In this document: positions 11,001-22,621 of the stretch, piece after piece
Layout of the letters: the number at the start of each line of letters is the position of its first letter
Numbering within the stretch: position 1 is the stretch's first letter
Source: Macrostomum lignano
Lineage: Eukaryota
Assembly: GCA_002269645.1 (NCBI GenBank)
Contig: NIVC01001199.1
Span: forward strand, 1 to 64,000
DNA: 64,000 nt
Direction of reading: 5' to 3'
Notes under the pieces: model-generated
Databases searched by the model: none
What the model was told of the DNA's origin: nothing
Seen by the model: the letters and a program-made list of their open reading frames with translations, nothing else
Program-made: the position numbers and the translations under genes

Positions 11001-13318
11001 TTACTTAAAGGATTGCGGTTATAGAGCTACTAGATTCTTTAAAGGATTATGATTAAGATAAGGGAAAGCTACATTGTTAGACAAATTAAGGCTAGGCTTA
11101 AGGATAAAGTAGCTTTTAAAGATTAATTTAAACTAAAAAATTCAAATAAGGATTATAGCTAGAAAAGAAACTAAATTGAAAAAAAAATATTAAGGCTAAA
11201 AAATTGTATCTAATCTAAAAATACTAAGGCTAAGGAAAAGCTAGATTTGTAAAAAGATTAGGATTAGAAAAATGTTGGATATAAATTTGATATAAATTTG
11301 CAAGCTATAAGTATAAGCCTAGCTAGTATAGGGCCCAACTATTTTATAATGATATATTTTAATAACATATAATTATAGTAGAGGCTTAGCATTGACTAAA
11401 AATAAATGAACAAAGATAGGTCTTTATAAATTAAAAAGATCTATATACAGTATACCCTACATAATAGGCCTGTATAGAGGGTTAGGCCTTCTTTTATTAA
11501 ATGTTTTAAGGTATTATAAATAGACAGTTCCCTGATAACAGTAAACAGTTCTCATTCTGATTTAAATACTCTACACTTTGCAATGCAACTAGTAATATTG
11601 CTGTAACATTGAAACTTCTTTCCACTGTTTGAACTAATCCATCGATCTATATTAAAAACAGCAAAATGACAATTTTAATTATGCGTGGAAAATAGTTCAT
11701 TGGATTTATACATAAGCCCGCTTTTAATTGAGTAGAAGACATGTCACCGTGGCATATGACATGGCATTTACCCGATCTTATGCACTCGTTTTTGTACCTT
11801 TAGTCGGGGTTTTTATCAATGCCACTCGGGTGAATTATGTTATGCAACATGTAAACAAACTATAACAAATTATTTCACTTTGCTTAAAATATTGGCAACT
11901 AAATTATGCATGAATTAATAATCAAGATAATTGTTATCAATATTATAATCAAAATACATTATTATTTATCTAAAAACATCCCCACCACTGATTAGTTGTT
12001 TCGTCTGCCGGCAGACGATTTGACAGCAGATGAAACAATTGCATCCCTTAAAATGCAATCAGTTTCTCAGTCAGTATCACTTCTCTATTAAAGTTGGCAA
12101 GAAAATAAAAGGCAATAATATGGTAATGCAATCCAAATCAACTCCAAGTTTCAATGCAGTCTTGTAGTGGAAATAATGTTTTATGGTGACACAATTAAGC
12201 TAGTCAACTGATAATATATGATAAATATAAGCCAGTTGTGATCCAATCTTTATCAAAATTGGAATTTAGTCATTTTTATTTATAATGATTGCCCATGGCA
12301 TTAAAAGCATTATAAAGTCGTAAAGACTTGTTTTTTGAATATTTAATTCCCTTAGCATTGAGCAATTTCTTAGCTAGGACACATGCATTATCACAAGTCA
12401 CAAGAAAAATTCTAATTTAATTGAATAGTGCAAGTTTCATTAAAATTGGTTAAGCCATTTTTTCTTAAAATCAATCACATGGCTAGATAGAAACATTTCA
12501 ATTTTTAGTGTATATTAGTATATGTGAAGCAAGCAAGCATACAAACCTTTGAGATTTAGTATAGGCCTATTAGGAAGGAAGTATATTAGTATATATAGGA
12601 AGGATGAAAAATTCAATATTTAAGTTGATATAGAAAATTCATAGAATTTGTAGAATTTCGTTTTGTGTATCTATTATGGCAAAAGATAAAAATCCAAGCC
12701 CCAATATGTAAAAATATAGAATAAATAAATCTAATTTTCAGCACTAGAGAAACAAGCTAATTGTACCTATTTTTACTTCTCTATATTTGGTTATATACAA
12801 TTCCAATTATAAGCTATAATGACAATGAATAATCTAATGTGTATTTGTTTAAGTTGGTTTACCTGCTGTTAACCATTTAATAGTGCAAAGTGTTTCTCCT
12901 AATATTATATAATTTTCTTCAAAATTGTAGTCTATTACCATTTTAAAGTGTATCTAGCTAGTATGTGTTCTTGCTCTTGCTTTCATTTTTACACTTTATA
13001 ATTTGAAAAACAAAGGTCAAAACCTTTGTCTACTTTCTATATAGAATTCACATATTTCTAAAATAAAGAAGCCAATTTTAAGCAAAAGAAAAAGCAGAAT
13101 ATTTATAACTAAGGTCAAAAATTGTTTTTTTACCATAGCAAAATATTTGATAGAGCTCTTAGTACAATTTACTTTTTATCTTCTAAACTTAGAGCAAATA
13201 AAAACTTTTAAGCCTATAAAAACTTACTATTATTATCCAGAAAAAAGAAGCACTTTAAAAATGTCACACCTAATAAGTAGAAAATAAATTTACATGTACC
13301 GGAATAGTTAACTAGTTA

Positions 13319-13578
13319 GGGCCTTTTCATATTACCAATTCCAGAACCAGAATCGGTTCGGAATTCCAAGAAAAAGCGCAGTATAACTATTAAACTCTGT
13401 TAATATTTGACTGCCTTAACAACCTAACTTAGCACAATTTTTCACTTTCTTCTTGGCGATTGTCATTCAATAATAAAAACTTTATAGCACGTATCTCCCT
13501 CTAGTTATAGAGACAAAAAGTTATACTTCACAAATTGGTTCTGGTTCTGGAACCAGAGCAAGCAATATGAAAAGGCCC
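13319..13578. mobile_element. PIF/Harbinger (Tourist-like) MITE, 260 bp
   Basis: 15-bp perfect TIR GGGCCTTTTCATATT / AATATGAAAAGGCCC. TTA on both sides (13316-13318, 13579-13581). Inverted subterminal ccagaaccagaa / ttctggttctgg. Confidence 0.85.
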
Positions 13579-13784
13579 TTAGTTAGCTTCAATTCAATGA
13601 CACAAAATGATGTTAAATGTTAAATATTAAAAGAGGTTAAACACTTATGTAATTATAGCACTTTTTCACTTCTATTGTTTTTGTAGTGGCCCTTGCTCTT
13701 TAGAGCAATTACCTAAAACACACCTACGAGTAAGTCTACATCATTTCAATTCTTTCTCCGTCTCTTTAGCCTTTTTTGCTTTTT

Positions 13785-13895
13785 TCAGCCATCTACTCAT
13801 TTTTAGCAGTTTGCTTATTTTTAGCTGTCTGCTCATCTTTAGCTATCTGCTCAATTTTAGCCATCTGCTCATCTTTAGCTATCTGCTCAATTTAG
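13785..13895. repeat. Short 19-bp tandem array (gctatctgctcatctttag-like)
   Basis: About 6 degenerate copies. Confidence 0.7.
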
Positions 13896-16800
13896 TACAC
13901 GTACTAAACTTGGGTAAAAACACTCTTTAATAAGCATTTTGGAACAGAGCAGGCAATCTCAATATGTCAAATGGCCTCCTTTATATGTAACTTTACCTGT
14001 TGCCTACCCGGCTTAAAAGCAGGGTGGTAACTATAAGATAAAAACTTCCAATTATTGCTCTCCAACCACAATGGGCCCATTTTGACAGCTCTGAGCTATA
14101 CTAAAATAGTCTGACAACACTTGGTCTACAAGTCTTTTTTTACAAATGATAGCAACACTATTCCCAAAAGCAATACTGAAACCACCATTGGTAAAGTACT
14201 TCTAACCAATACCACTGACAGTATAAACATTACAACTAGGCATTCATAAGCTGAGCAATTTAGTTGCCTCTTTTATATTTGTAGCCTAAAGTTGAATACC
14301 AACCATAAAATTCTTTATTCAACAAAGACAATGGCAAGGGGCCTTGACCATCAAATATAGTGAAAGCATCTTTAACAAAAGCCTGCAATAAATATATAAA
14401 GAAAAGCATTTTTAAGTAATTTGTCTTTAAGCAACAAATAATGTAATTTAACAACAAAAATGTATATGTACTAAAAATATACCCTCTACATAACCCTACA
14501 GAACTACATATATCAACTTCCATGACTCTACTTTTGTGAATAAGGTGAAACATGAAAACAAGACATTATTATGTTTTCTTGCTGCGGTATGTCTTATGTG
14601 ATAAGATAAAGTAGAAGACAGATTAAAGTAGGATAAAGCAACTAGAGGTGCCTTAAGGGCTAGGTTGAATGCTGCCAAGATGAACTGGGTTAGAAAATGT
14701 AATCTTTTAGTATAAACATGAAGGAAATTATCATGTTTTCTTGCTAGGGTGTCTTATATAACTTATATACTTGAAATGTATATAACTTTATGTTAAGACA
14801 AGTTAGGACCTACACAATAATACAATTAGATTATATGCTATAATCAAACTAATTAGCTTTTCATCTAGGTAGATTATCTAGCCATTATTATATTGGTTGT
14901 TAAGCATTTATTTGAGGCAATTTTAGTTGAATGATCTCTAAAATATTTTTGACTTCATCTTGGGACTAGTCAATACATAATACTCGTAAGCCAACATTGT
15001 AATATTGGCTGATTAAGTTGCAAGAGCAAGGTTAACTATGGCTAGGTTTGTATCTATTTAATAAGATTAAGGTAGGCCTATAGTAAGTTTGGGGCTGAAA
15101 CTGAAAGTGGGACTTTGGGTCATAGACAAGTTAGCTTGTGGGCACTCAAAAGAAAGTACTTTTATTAAATGCAAGGAAACAAATAGATCTAACTGGCTTA
15201 ACTGCTACAATATAATAATAAAAGCATATTGAGTTCATGTTTTTATTATTAGGCCTAATTTTGTAATATAAGTTTATTATTAATCATAGACAATAAATAA
15301 ATTTAAAAAGTTTTTTTTTAAGTATTAAATATATAATTAAGATAACAAAGTATTAAATAAAAGTGGTGAGAGCCTAAATACCATAGGCTAAGGGCCTAAA
15401 TAAAAAAGTCAATAATAGGCCTTGACTTGACTAGCTGCAGGGGGCTCTGTGCATCTAGAAAAAGCAAGGAGGCATTGCCACCCATTTTGCTAATTCTAGT
15501 TAGTTTGATTTTTAAGTCAATAATAGGCCAATAAAATACAAATAAATCTAACACTATAATAGGCCCTAATACTTTGTAAATAGGCCTAGTTAAGTAATGA
15601 AAGCATTAAATTTAAACTCAAAAGAACTATTGGTCTATACATTCTGTTCAAGAAAGCAAAAATAAATAAACACATGGTCATGATTTCTTGCTTTGCTATA
15701 TGCTTATGCTATGATTATGCTATGATTGCCTTATTGTCTAAATTAATATAGGCTATTAGCTGATATTGTTAGGCCTTCAAAAAGGTAGGCTGAAGGGCAG
15801 GGTAGTGATAGGTAGATATGATAGGACAGGGAAGAAATAAGTAGATATACTAGACAATATAGGTAGGACATAGGCAGGCTGCATGCAAGAAGCAAGCAAT
15901 CTTAATATAGTTGGCTCAATGTCAAAATCAATGCCTTAGTAGCTATAAGTCTAAGTTCATTTTGAAAAGATGATTTTCTCTTGAAAAAGCAACTTATAGA
16001 AATGTGTGAAAATATATAAAATCTCTTCTATCAACTGATCTAGGTTAAATTTTTATATTGGCTCATATAAAAATTTGTAATATAACAATTACAAATTTTG
16101 TGATGTAATTGTTATATTAAGTGATCTGTGATCAAACTGCCACCTGACCTGGGACATAGCTGGCTAGGCCAATCCACAAAATACCAACACCCTAAGCTAG
16201 ACTGCCTTTAAAAACTCGCTAGTGATTTTAACAAAGTGGTCTAAATTGCCACTAAGTGTTAAAAAAATTATTGCTAGTTCGTAAATAATAAAATATATAA
16301 AATTTTGCCTTAAAAATAAAGCCCTTGAAAATCAAATACTTGTTTAAAAGTATTTTACATTTTATATTTTAATGTACTTGTTTAACTGAAACATTACTTT
16401 TCCAAAACAAAATGTTGCAGCACCAGCAGCAACTTATGTTCAGTTGAATGTACACTATAAGTATAATTGCGCTATTGATAGGACCAATACAAGCATTTTG
16501 TAGTTGATTCTAGATTGACTAGAATAGTACCAGTTGGTGAATATGCCTAAAATTCCTAGTTATTATATAGGCTATTAAATTTGGGGCAAAATATTTATGG
16601 AGTACTTATAGGCACATCCGCCATGTCTGTAGGCCGTAATGTTAAGCACACGGTAGCTACTGTTGCTTTAAATTGCAGCAATAAATTCATTTGCCATTCA
16701 ATATTAATGACACTGCTACTGGCGTTGTGCAGGTATTATTGGCATGGCCGCTATCTCCAGTGTGAGATGCATTCTATATTGTATGGACATGGTTACCAAC

Positions 16801-16920
16801 TCGCCCTGTCTATAAGCTCTAATAATATTATAGACACGGCAGCCTGGCCTACAGTCTACATTTAAAGCATAAGTTTTCGTTTTATAAAAAAAATTATAAA
16901 CATTGCATGCATTATAAGAG

Positions 16921-19014
16921 ATGCCACCTCCATCAAAGCCCAACCAGAAGACTCAGAAGAAGCCGCTGCCGCCCATAGTTGACGTCGAGGACAAGGAGGA
17001 ATACACTGGAGACCGGCCCTTCTGCGTCTACTATTGCATGTGCGGCCAGCTCGCCCTCATCATTGACTGCCCGATTGAACGGCTGCCGCAGCGACCGCGC
17101 GACAGCTCTCGGGTGCTCGACAGGCGGCGTCGGGTTTTCAAGGCGCACTTTGATCCGGTAAGGGTCGCTGACTGTACTCATTTCGCATCGTTTTATGTTG
17201 TCGTCTGATCCACTATTGAACTACCATTAATAGAATTAAGCTACCATAGAACTGAGCTACCATAGACATAATTGATCTACTATAGACATAATTGAGCTAC
17301 TAAAGACATAATTGAGCTACCATAGACATAATTGAGCTACTAAAGACATAATTGAGCTACCATAGACATAATTGAGCTACTAAAGACATAATTGAGCTAC
17401 TAAAGACATAATTGAGCTACCATAGACATAATTGAGCTACCATAGACATAATTGAGCTACCAGACATAATTGAGCTACCATAGACATAATTGAGCTACCA
17501 TAGACATAATTGAGCTACCATAGACATAATTGAGCTACCATAGACATAATTGAGCTACCATAGACAGATTTGAGCTACCATAGACATAATTAAGATACAT
17601 GATACAATTAATTGATTTCGCATCAAATTCTGTAATAGACGAATTCACAATGGCAAAAGTATTTCGGTCACCCAGGTGCACCGGGAGGAGGCTCTCATTC
17701 GCTGGCCAGACGATGCCGCAGTTGAGCGTCAAATTCGTCGCCGATGCAAGCGCTGCGCTTTGCCGCTGTTCTACCAGCATCCGGACGAACTTGGCCGACT
17801 GGACCCGGCCAAGCCGGCCTTCTTATTGCCGGACGCTGTCCGAGAAACTGCTGGCAATAGCGGCCAGGAGGGAGCAGCCGCGGCTGCCAGCGCCGAAGCC
17901 ATTGTTGGCCGGCTTAATCAGGATAAGAAGGTGAGTTTCTTGCGTGTGTGTCTCGTTACTCTGCCCACCGCCCTCTAGTAGTGTATAACGGTTGGGAATC
18001 TGTAGGCTAGTCTAAAATGGGCTGTAGCCTAGTGGTTAGAGCGTCTGAATCACGACTGAAAGGTCGGGGGTTCGATTCCCGATCCACTCGGAACAATTAC
18101 TGTCCTTGAGCAAGACACTTAACTCTGCATTGCTTCAGTTCACATAGCAGTAAAATGGGTGCCAGCATTAGCTGAGTAATTGAGGGTGTGTGGCGACCTC
18201 CCCCCAGTCCTTGGACTGAACAGCCGTACGCAGCCTTCAGATGCGCCGCGCAATAGCTGCGGCTGAGCTGTTGGTTGCACAACTATTATTATTTGTGCAA
18301 TTATTAATTGCATAAATATAATTGCACAAAGATAATTACTATTACTATCTCAAAACTGAGGCGGAGGGCCGTGGCCCAGTGGTCTAGCGCGGGGCTCTGA
18401 TTTGCCAGCGGCCCAGGCTCGATTACCAGTGCAGTCACACTAATTTGTGGCTAAATTGGAATTAGCGCCCTGAGCCGACCCCCAAGGCACAGTGAAGTGT
18501 ACATGCCTAAGGATAAATAAAGTTAGGGCCGCTGTGCACTCCTGTGTGAGTGTGTGCCTGTGCGTATGACTGCGTACGTATCCGCACGCTTGTGTGCCTG
18601 CTCAGGTGAGTCTGCGGAATGGGCAGTAAGGCCTCTCGCTGCCCCTAATAAAAAGCTCAGAACTTCACAAGTATTTACAAGTTCAAAACTTTGCAAGCTC
18701 GTAATTTTTCAAAGTTAAATTTGTGACTTTGCTGTCAAAAAATTCGAATATTTAACATTCGTCATTAATTACAGGTGATGCTAACCAGACGACGTCGCGA
18801 TATGGGCAAGTTCTCCTCCGTGACCGTGTCCACTATTGAAGCCGATCAGGAGGAGGTTGAGGCCAGAGAGATCGCCGACTCGTACGCCGCCAATGCTCGC
18901 ATAGTTGAGAAGCAGCTGCTGCGCAAAGGCGTCATCAGGAAGCGATTAGTCGAAGAGCGCAATCAGGATGCGCAGGCGAAACGTCAGGCTAGGGGGACGC
19001 TTATCGACTATTGA
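16921..19014 (+). CDS. STEEP1: STING ER exit protein / CXorf56 (UPF0428) homolog, 243 aa, 3 exons
   Basis: Exons 16921-17157, 17676-17930, 18775-19014 with GT-AG, phase-0 introns. Motifs [53 protein letters not shown] and GTLID match the family. Confidence 0.93.
17240..17592. repeat. 20-bp minisatellite catagacataattgagctac in STEEP1 intron 1
   Basis: About 17 tandem copies. Confidence 0.95.
18019..18294 (+). mobile_element. tRNA-derived CORE-type SINE (family A)
   Basis: A box TAGCCTAGTGG, B box GGTTCGATTCC, then CCTTGAGCAAGACACTTAAC...CTTCAGTT...GTAAAATGGG resembling the MIR CORE, and an (ATT)n tail. Confidence 0.85.
18361..18655 (+). mobile_element. tRNA-derived SINE family B, copy 1
   Basis: Homologous to 36876-37242 (reverse) and 57695-57950. 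A-box-like tggcccagtggtctagcgc and an A-rich tail. Imperfect flanking repeat ctcaaaact / ctcagaact. Confidence 0.8.
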
Positions 19015-19089
19015 TTCTGCGTTTGATTTGGATTTGTTTCATTGTAATATGTGATTAAGACACTAAACTTACTCTTTACTTACTGTCAC

Positions 19090-19262
19090 TTGGGCTTGGC
19101 CTTGGCTTCTGCGCTTGGGCTTGGGCTTGGGCTTAGCCTTGGCCTTGGCCTTGGGCTTGGCCTAGGTATTGGGCTTGGCCTTGGCCTAGGTATTGGGCTT
19201 GGCCTTGGGCTTGGCCTTGGGCTTGTGCTTGGGCGTGGCCTTAGGCTTTGGCTTGGTTTAAG
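19090..19262. repeat. (CTTGGG/CTTGGC)n hexamer repeat
   Basis: Directly visible downstream of the STEEP1 stop. Confidence 0.85.
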
Positions 19263-19817
19263 CCTTAATGTGTGCCATTATCTAATTTTGACGTACTTGT
19301 TCTTTAATTAATACGCTCGTAGAAAATACTGGTGTAAATAATGGTTGATCCAAATGTGTCTCAGTACGAACTTATAAAATGACTGCGCATAGGGCAGTTG
19401 TGTGTCGGGACGCTTTATTCCTTTTGTTTGCCGTTTTCACTATCAAATTTTGGCAAGCTCAATTAAAAAACATGTCAATAAACACACAAAATATGAATCT
19501 GTGTAATTTACTACGAGTTATATCAAATATGACAGCAATTTGTGAGATTGATCCTAACTAAGGTTTCTGGGGTTTTTTGCAGAACGTTAATCAGCCCAAT
19601 AGCCTATTGGGGCCATGCAACAACATGCAGCAGATTAGCTGGAATTTCTACGTACATTCATATTTTGAAGTTTCCCGATTCGTACACGAGTGTGTAGATA
19701 AGCTTGGCGAGCCTTCCCAATTCCCAGATAAGGGGGAGTAAGGCAGGATATAATTGGGAGTAAGCTGGCCTTGACTCATATTTAGGCAGAATACTTTGAT
19801 AGTCCAGTGATTCAACC

Positions 19818-20042
19818 ATGGCCAACCTATGCCCAGGCCTGCTTTGGGCGCTAATCTGGTTTTTGGCACTGATTTTCCTCGCCTGGCCAGTGTCCTACAT
19901 CATCGCCTTCGTCTACATTCTGTTGCTGCCGTTCTCCGCCTGTGTCGGTCTACTCAAACCGGTCTGCGACACCCTGCTTGGCGTGGTGAATCTCTGCCTC
20001 ACCTGCGCTGAGAATATGATTGCTATGAAGCCGCTGTGCTGA
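19818..20042 (+). CDS. 74-aa Cys-rich small membrane protein, unnamed
   Basis: Single exon, caaccATGG context, GC-rich island within AT-rich flanks, long hydrophobic stretch (res ~7-48), AATAAA at 20046-20051. Confidence 0.75.
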   Translation: MANLCPGLLWALIWFLALIFLAWPVSYIIAFVYILLLPFSACVGLLKPVCDTLLGVVNLCLTCAENMIAMKPLC

Positions 20043-22621
20043 TTTAATAAACATTTGCAGTCAATCCGTTCGGCAGGTACTCCTACAACGTACAATCTAT
20101 TTTAGTACATTTTATTTTAAATTAGAACTTTAAATTATTAATCTGCTAATTTGATTGACTTTTGCATATATAGTGTGAAATTCTATCTATGAAATTCGTT
20201 GCTGATTATGCGATGTCTTCAACCCGGATAAATTTCCCTTTTTTCACATTTCGATCACTTACTGCATGCTACTATAGCTACGATGAATTATCCGTTAGAC
20301 ACGTTGAAGGAAAAAACTGAAATAAATAATTGCACTTGCAGATAGCTACTAGCGTCTGTTACATTATCTGAACTGCATTAGCGATATTTCATTTCGTCAT
20401 CTCTAACTTGTTCTTCAGAATGTGGCATTTGCTAAAATTCAGGCGCATATGCAGAATCAATTGCATACACAACGCATGGTACATGTAATTTTTCCGATCA
20501 CTGTGTGATTTGCTACATGTATGTATATGTTCATAAGTAGAAAGTCAGACTTTGAATTTGCACCGAATTTTTAATCTAGCGTTAAGTTTGAGGGTTAAGG
20601 TTAGAGCTTGTGCATTTGAGGATTTTAATCGATAGTGACTGCTACATAAAAATCAGTTTTCGACGATGCGACGGACTTTCGAGCTTATGATGGTGGTTGC
20701 TAAACTTTTCGACTATGTGTGTGTGATGTTTCGTAGAGCTTGCGACTTTTCGAGCTTGTGATGGTGGCATGCTAAATCAGTTTTTGACGATGTGAATTTT
20801 CCAGCTAGTGACTTTTCGAGCTTGTGATGGAGCCCTGTTTCGACGAATCGATTTTTCGAGCTTATGATGGTGACCCGTGCCGAAAGACACTCGTAGGCAG
20901 GTTGTTCACGCGCATAAAGCCGGATTTTATAATCGTGGATTAACAAAACAATTTTTCCTTCTAGTTTACTACTTTGTTTTAAAATGTGAATACAAAAATT
21001 AAAAAAGGCAAACATACTTTTTTGCTATATTACAAATAAAAAGTCAAAAAGAGTAGGAGAGTATTTTAAAGGGACTTTCCATGAACGTACTACTTGCTAA
21101 ATAAATTCTTCTTGGATCAGCTATAAAATACAAAGGCTTCTTAGTTTCAAGCCAAAGGCACTGTAAAGAAAAATTTAATTTTAAATTACATATTGAATAG
21201 TATATGTAGACTAAAATTTAAGATTTCTGTAAAAATTTAAATCAATCCTGCAATTTGTCTCAGTTTTACAAAATATTTCTGTGAGTTTCAAGGTTAGGAC
21301 TTAGGAGCAACCACTGCCCACTGGCACTAGCACTAACACTAACTGACTAACAGAGAAATAATAATAGCTTGTAATACATCAAGTTTTTATTCCATAGCTA
21401 ATATGCTATATAGGGACGATAGGGTCCTTTTTACCAGGGTATCTAGTTTTGCTCATTTTTAGTATATGGATTTAATTTTAATGAAAATATTAATTTCTAT
21501 GAAAAAAGTGTTGAATAATGATTAGGACTTCTAGTTCTAGTTATCTAATTTTAATGAAAATTTTGCAACTTGTAGGCCACAGTAAAGGTGGCATGTATAT
21601 ACTAGAATTATTTTTGTTATTGCCTGTGCACTCCAATACATGCTAAACAGTGAACTAAAATTAAAAATATATAATCCAAATGTATACCATGTTATGTTTT
21701 TTATTCATTTCCAATTCTAGGCATGTAAAAAAAGTTTTTACCTCACCTGTGCCACCTCTATGAAAGGTGTAGTTAAGAAGTAGACATGCTACTTAACTAG
21801 TATAGCTAAATACTATTAGTATTAGGTTAGGATATTATAGAATAAGCTATATACAACCTTAAGCAAGGTGGTAGATTTCATAGAATATTCTGGCACAAAT
21901 TGGCCATTTCTTAGATGCACTTTGCATATTTAGTGCATGGTGCAAAATGAGAAATGAGATAAAGGCATACAACTTTATGTACTTTAGCATAATAGTATAA
22001 TATAATATTTAGTATAGATTCTTTTGAATAGTTTTATATAAGAATTTGTTTATGTATTGTAATATATCATTGTTTGTATTTTATGGAAAAGTGTTATATT
22101 AATACTTTTAAAACCATTGTTAATTTTATTATAAACATAAAAGACTAGTCAAAGTTTGAATTCATTGTATTTTGCTCAAATTCATATAAATATGTTTGTC
22201 TTTTATTTTGTTTTTGGGCTATTATGATAACTCCAAACATCAGTGTATAGTGCAAGAAAAAAATATTTCTTTGGTACATGGTGCATCATGAAAATGTAGG
22301 AAATTGTTTGTGGCATATATGGTATACATCTGACTATGGTAAATAGCTATTTGTTTAGTATATAATTGATAGTGCTATTGGACTCTAGTGTTACCTAGAG
22401 CCAAAGAGCCAGATTGCTAGGCTTTTGCTATTGCTGAGACATTGCAGCTTTGACAATACAGCCTTCAATAATAGGTACCTATTACCCATTTTAGTTCATT
22501 ACAACTGCCTGCATAATACTAATTAGCTGACGAGGCATTTTTGTCTTGAAATATAGTCATAGTTACTCACGCCGTTTTCCCATCATGGCATTGATGCATT
22601 TCCACCCCTTAGATACAAAAA

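Noticed and set aside
18019-18090. tRNA gene
   Set aside because: The acceptor and anticodon stems do not close properly and the sequence continues into a CORE domain and tail, so it is a SINE head.
22505-22565. Hammerhead ribozyme (CTGACGA...GAAA)
   Set aside because: Stem II lacks the closing G-C pair, and stems I and III cannot be formed convincingly.
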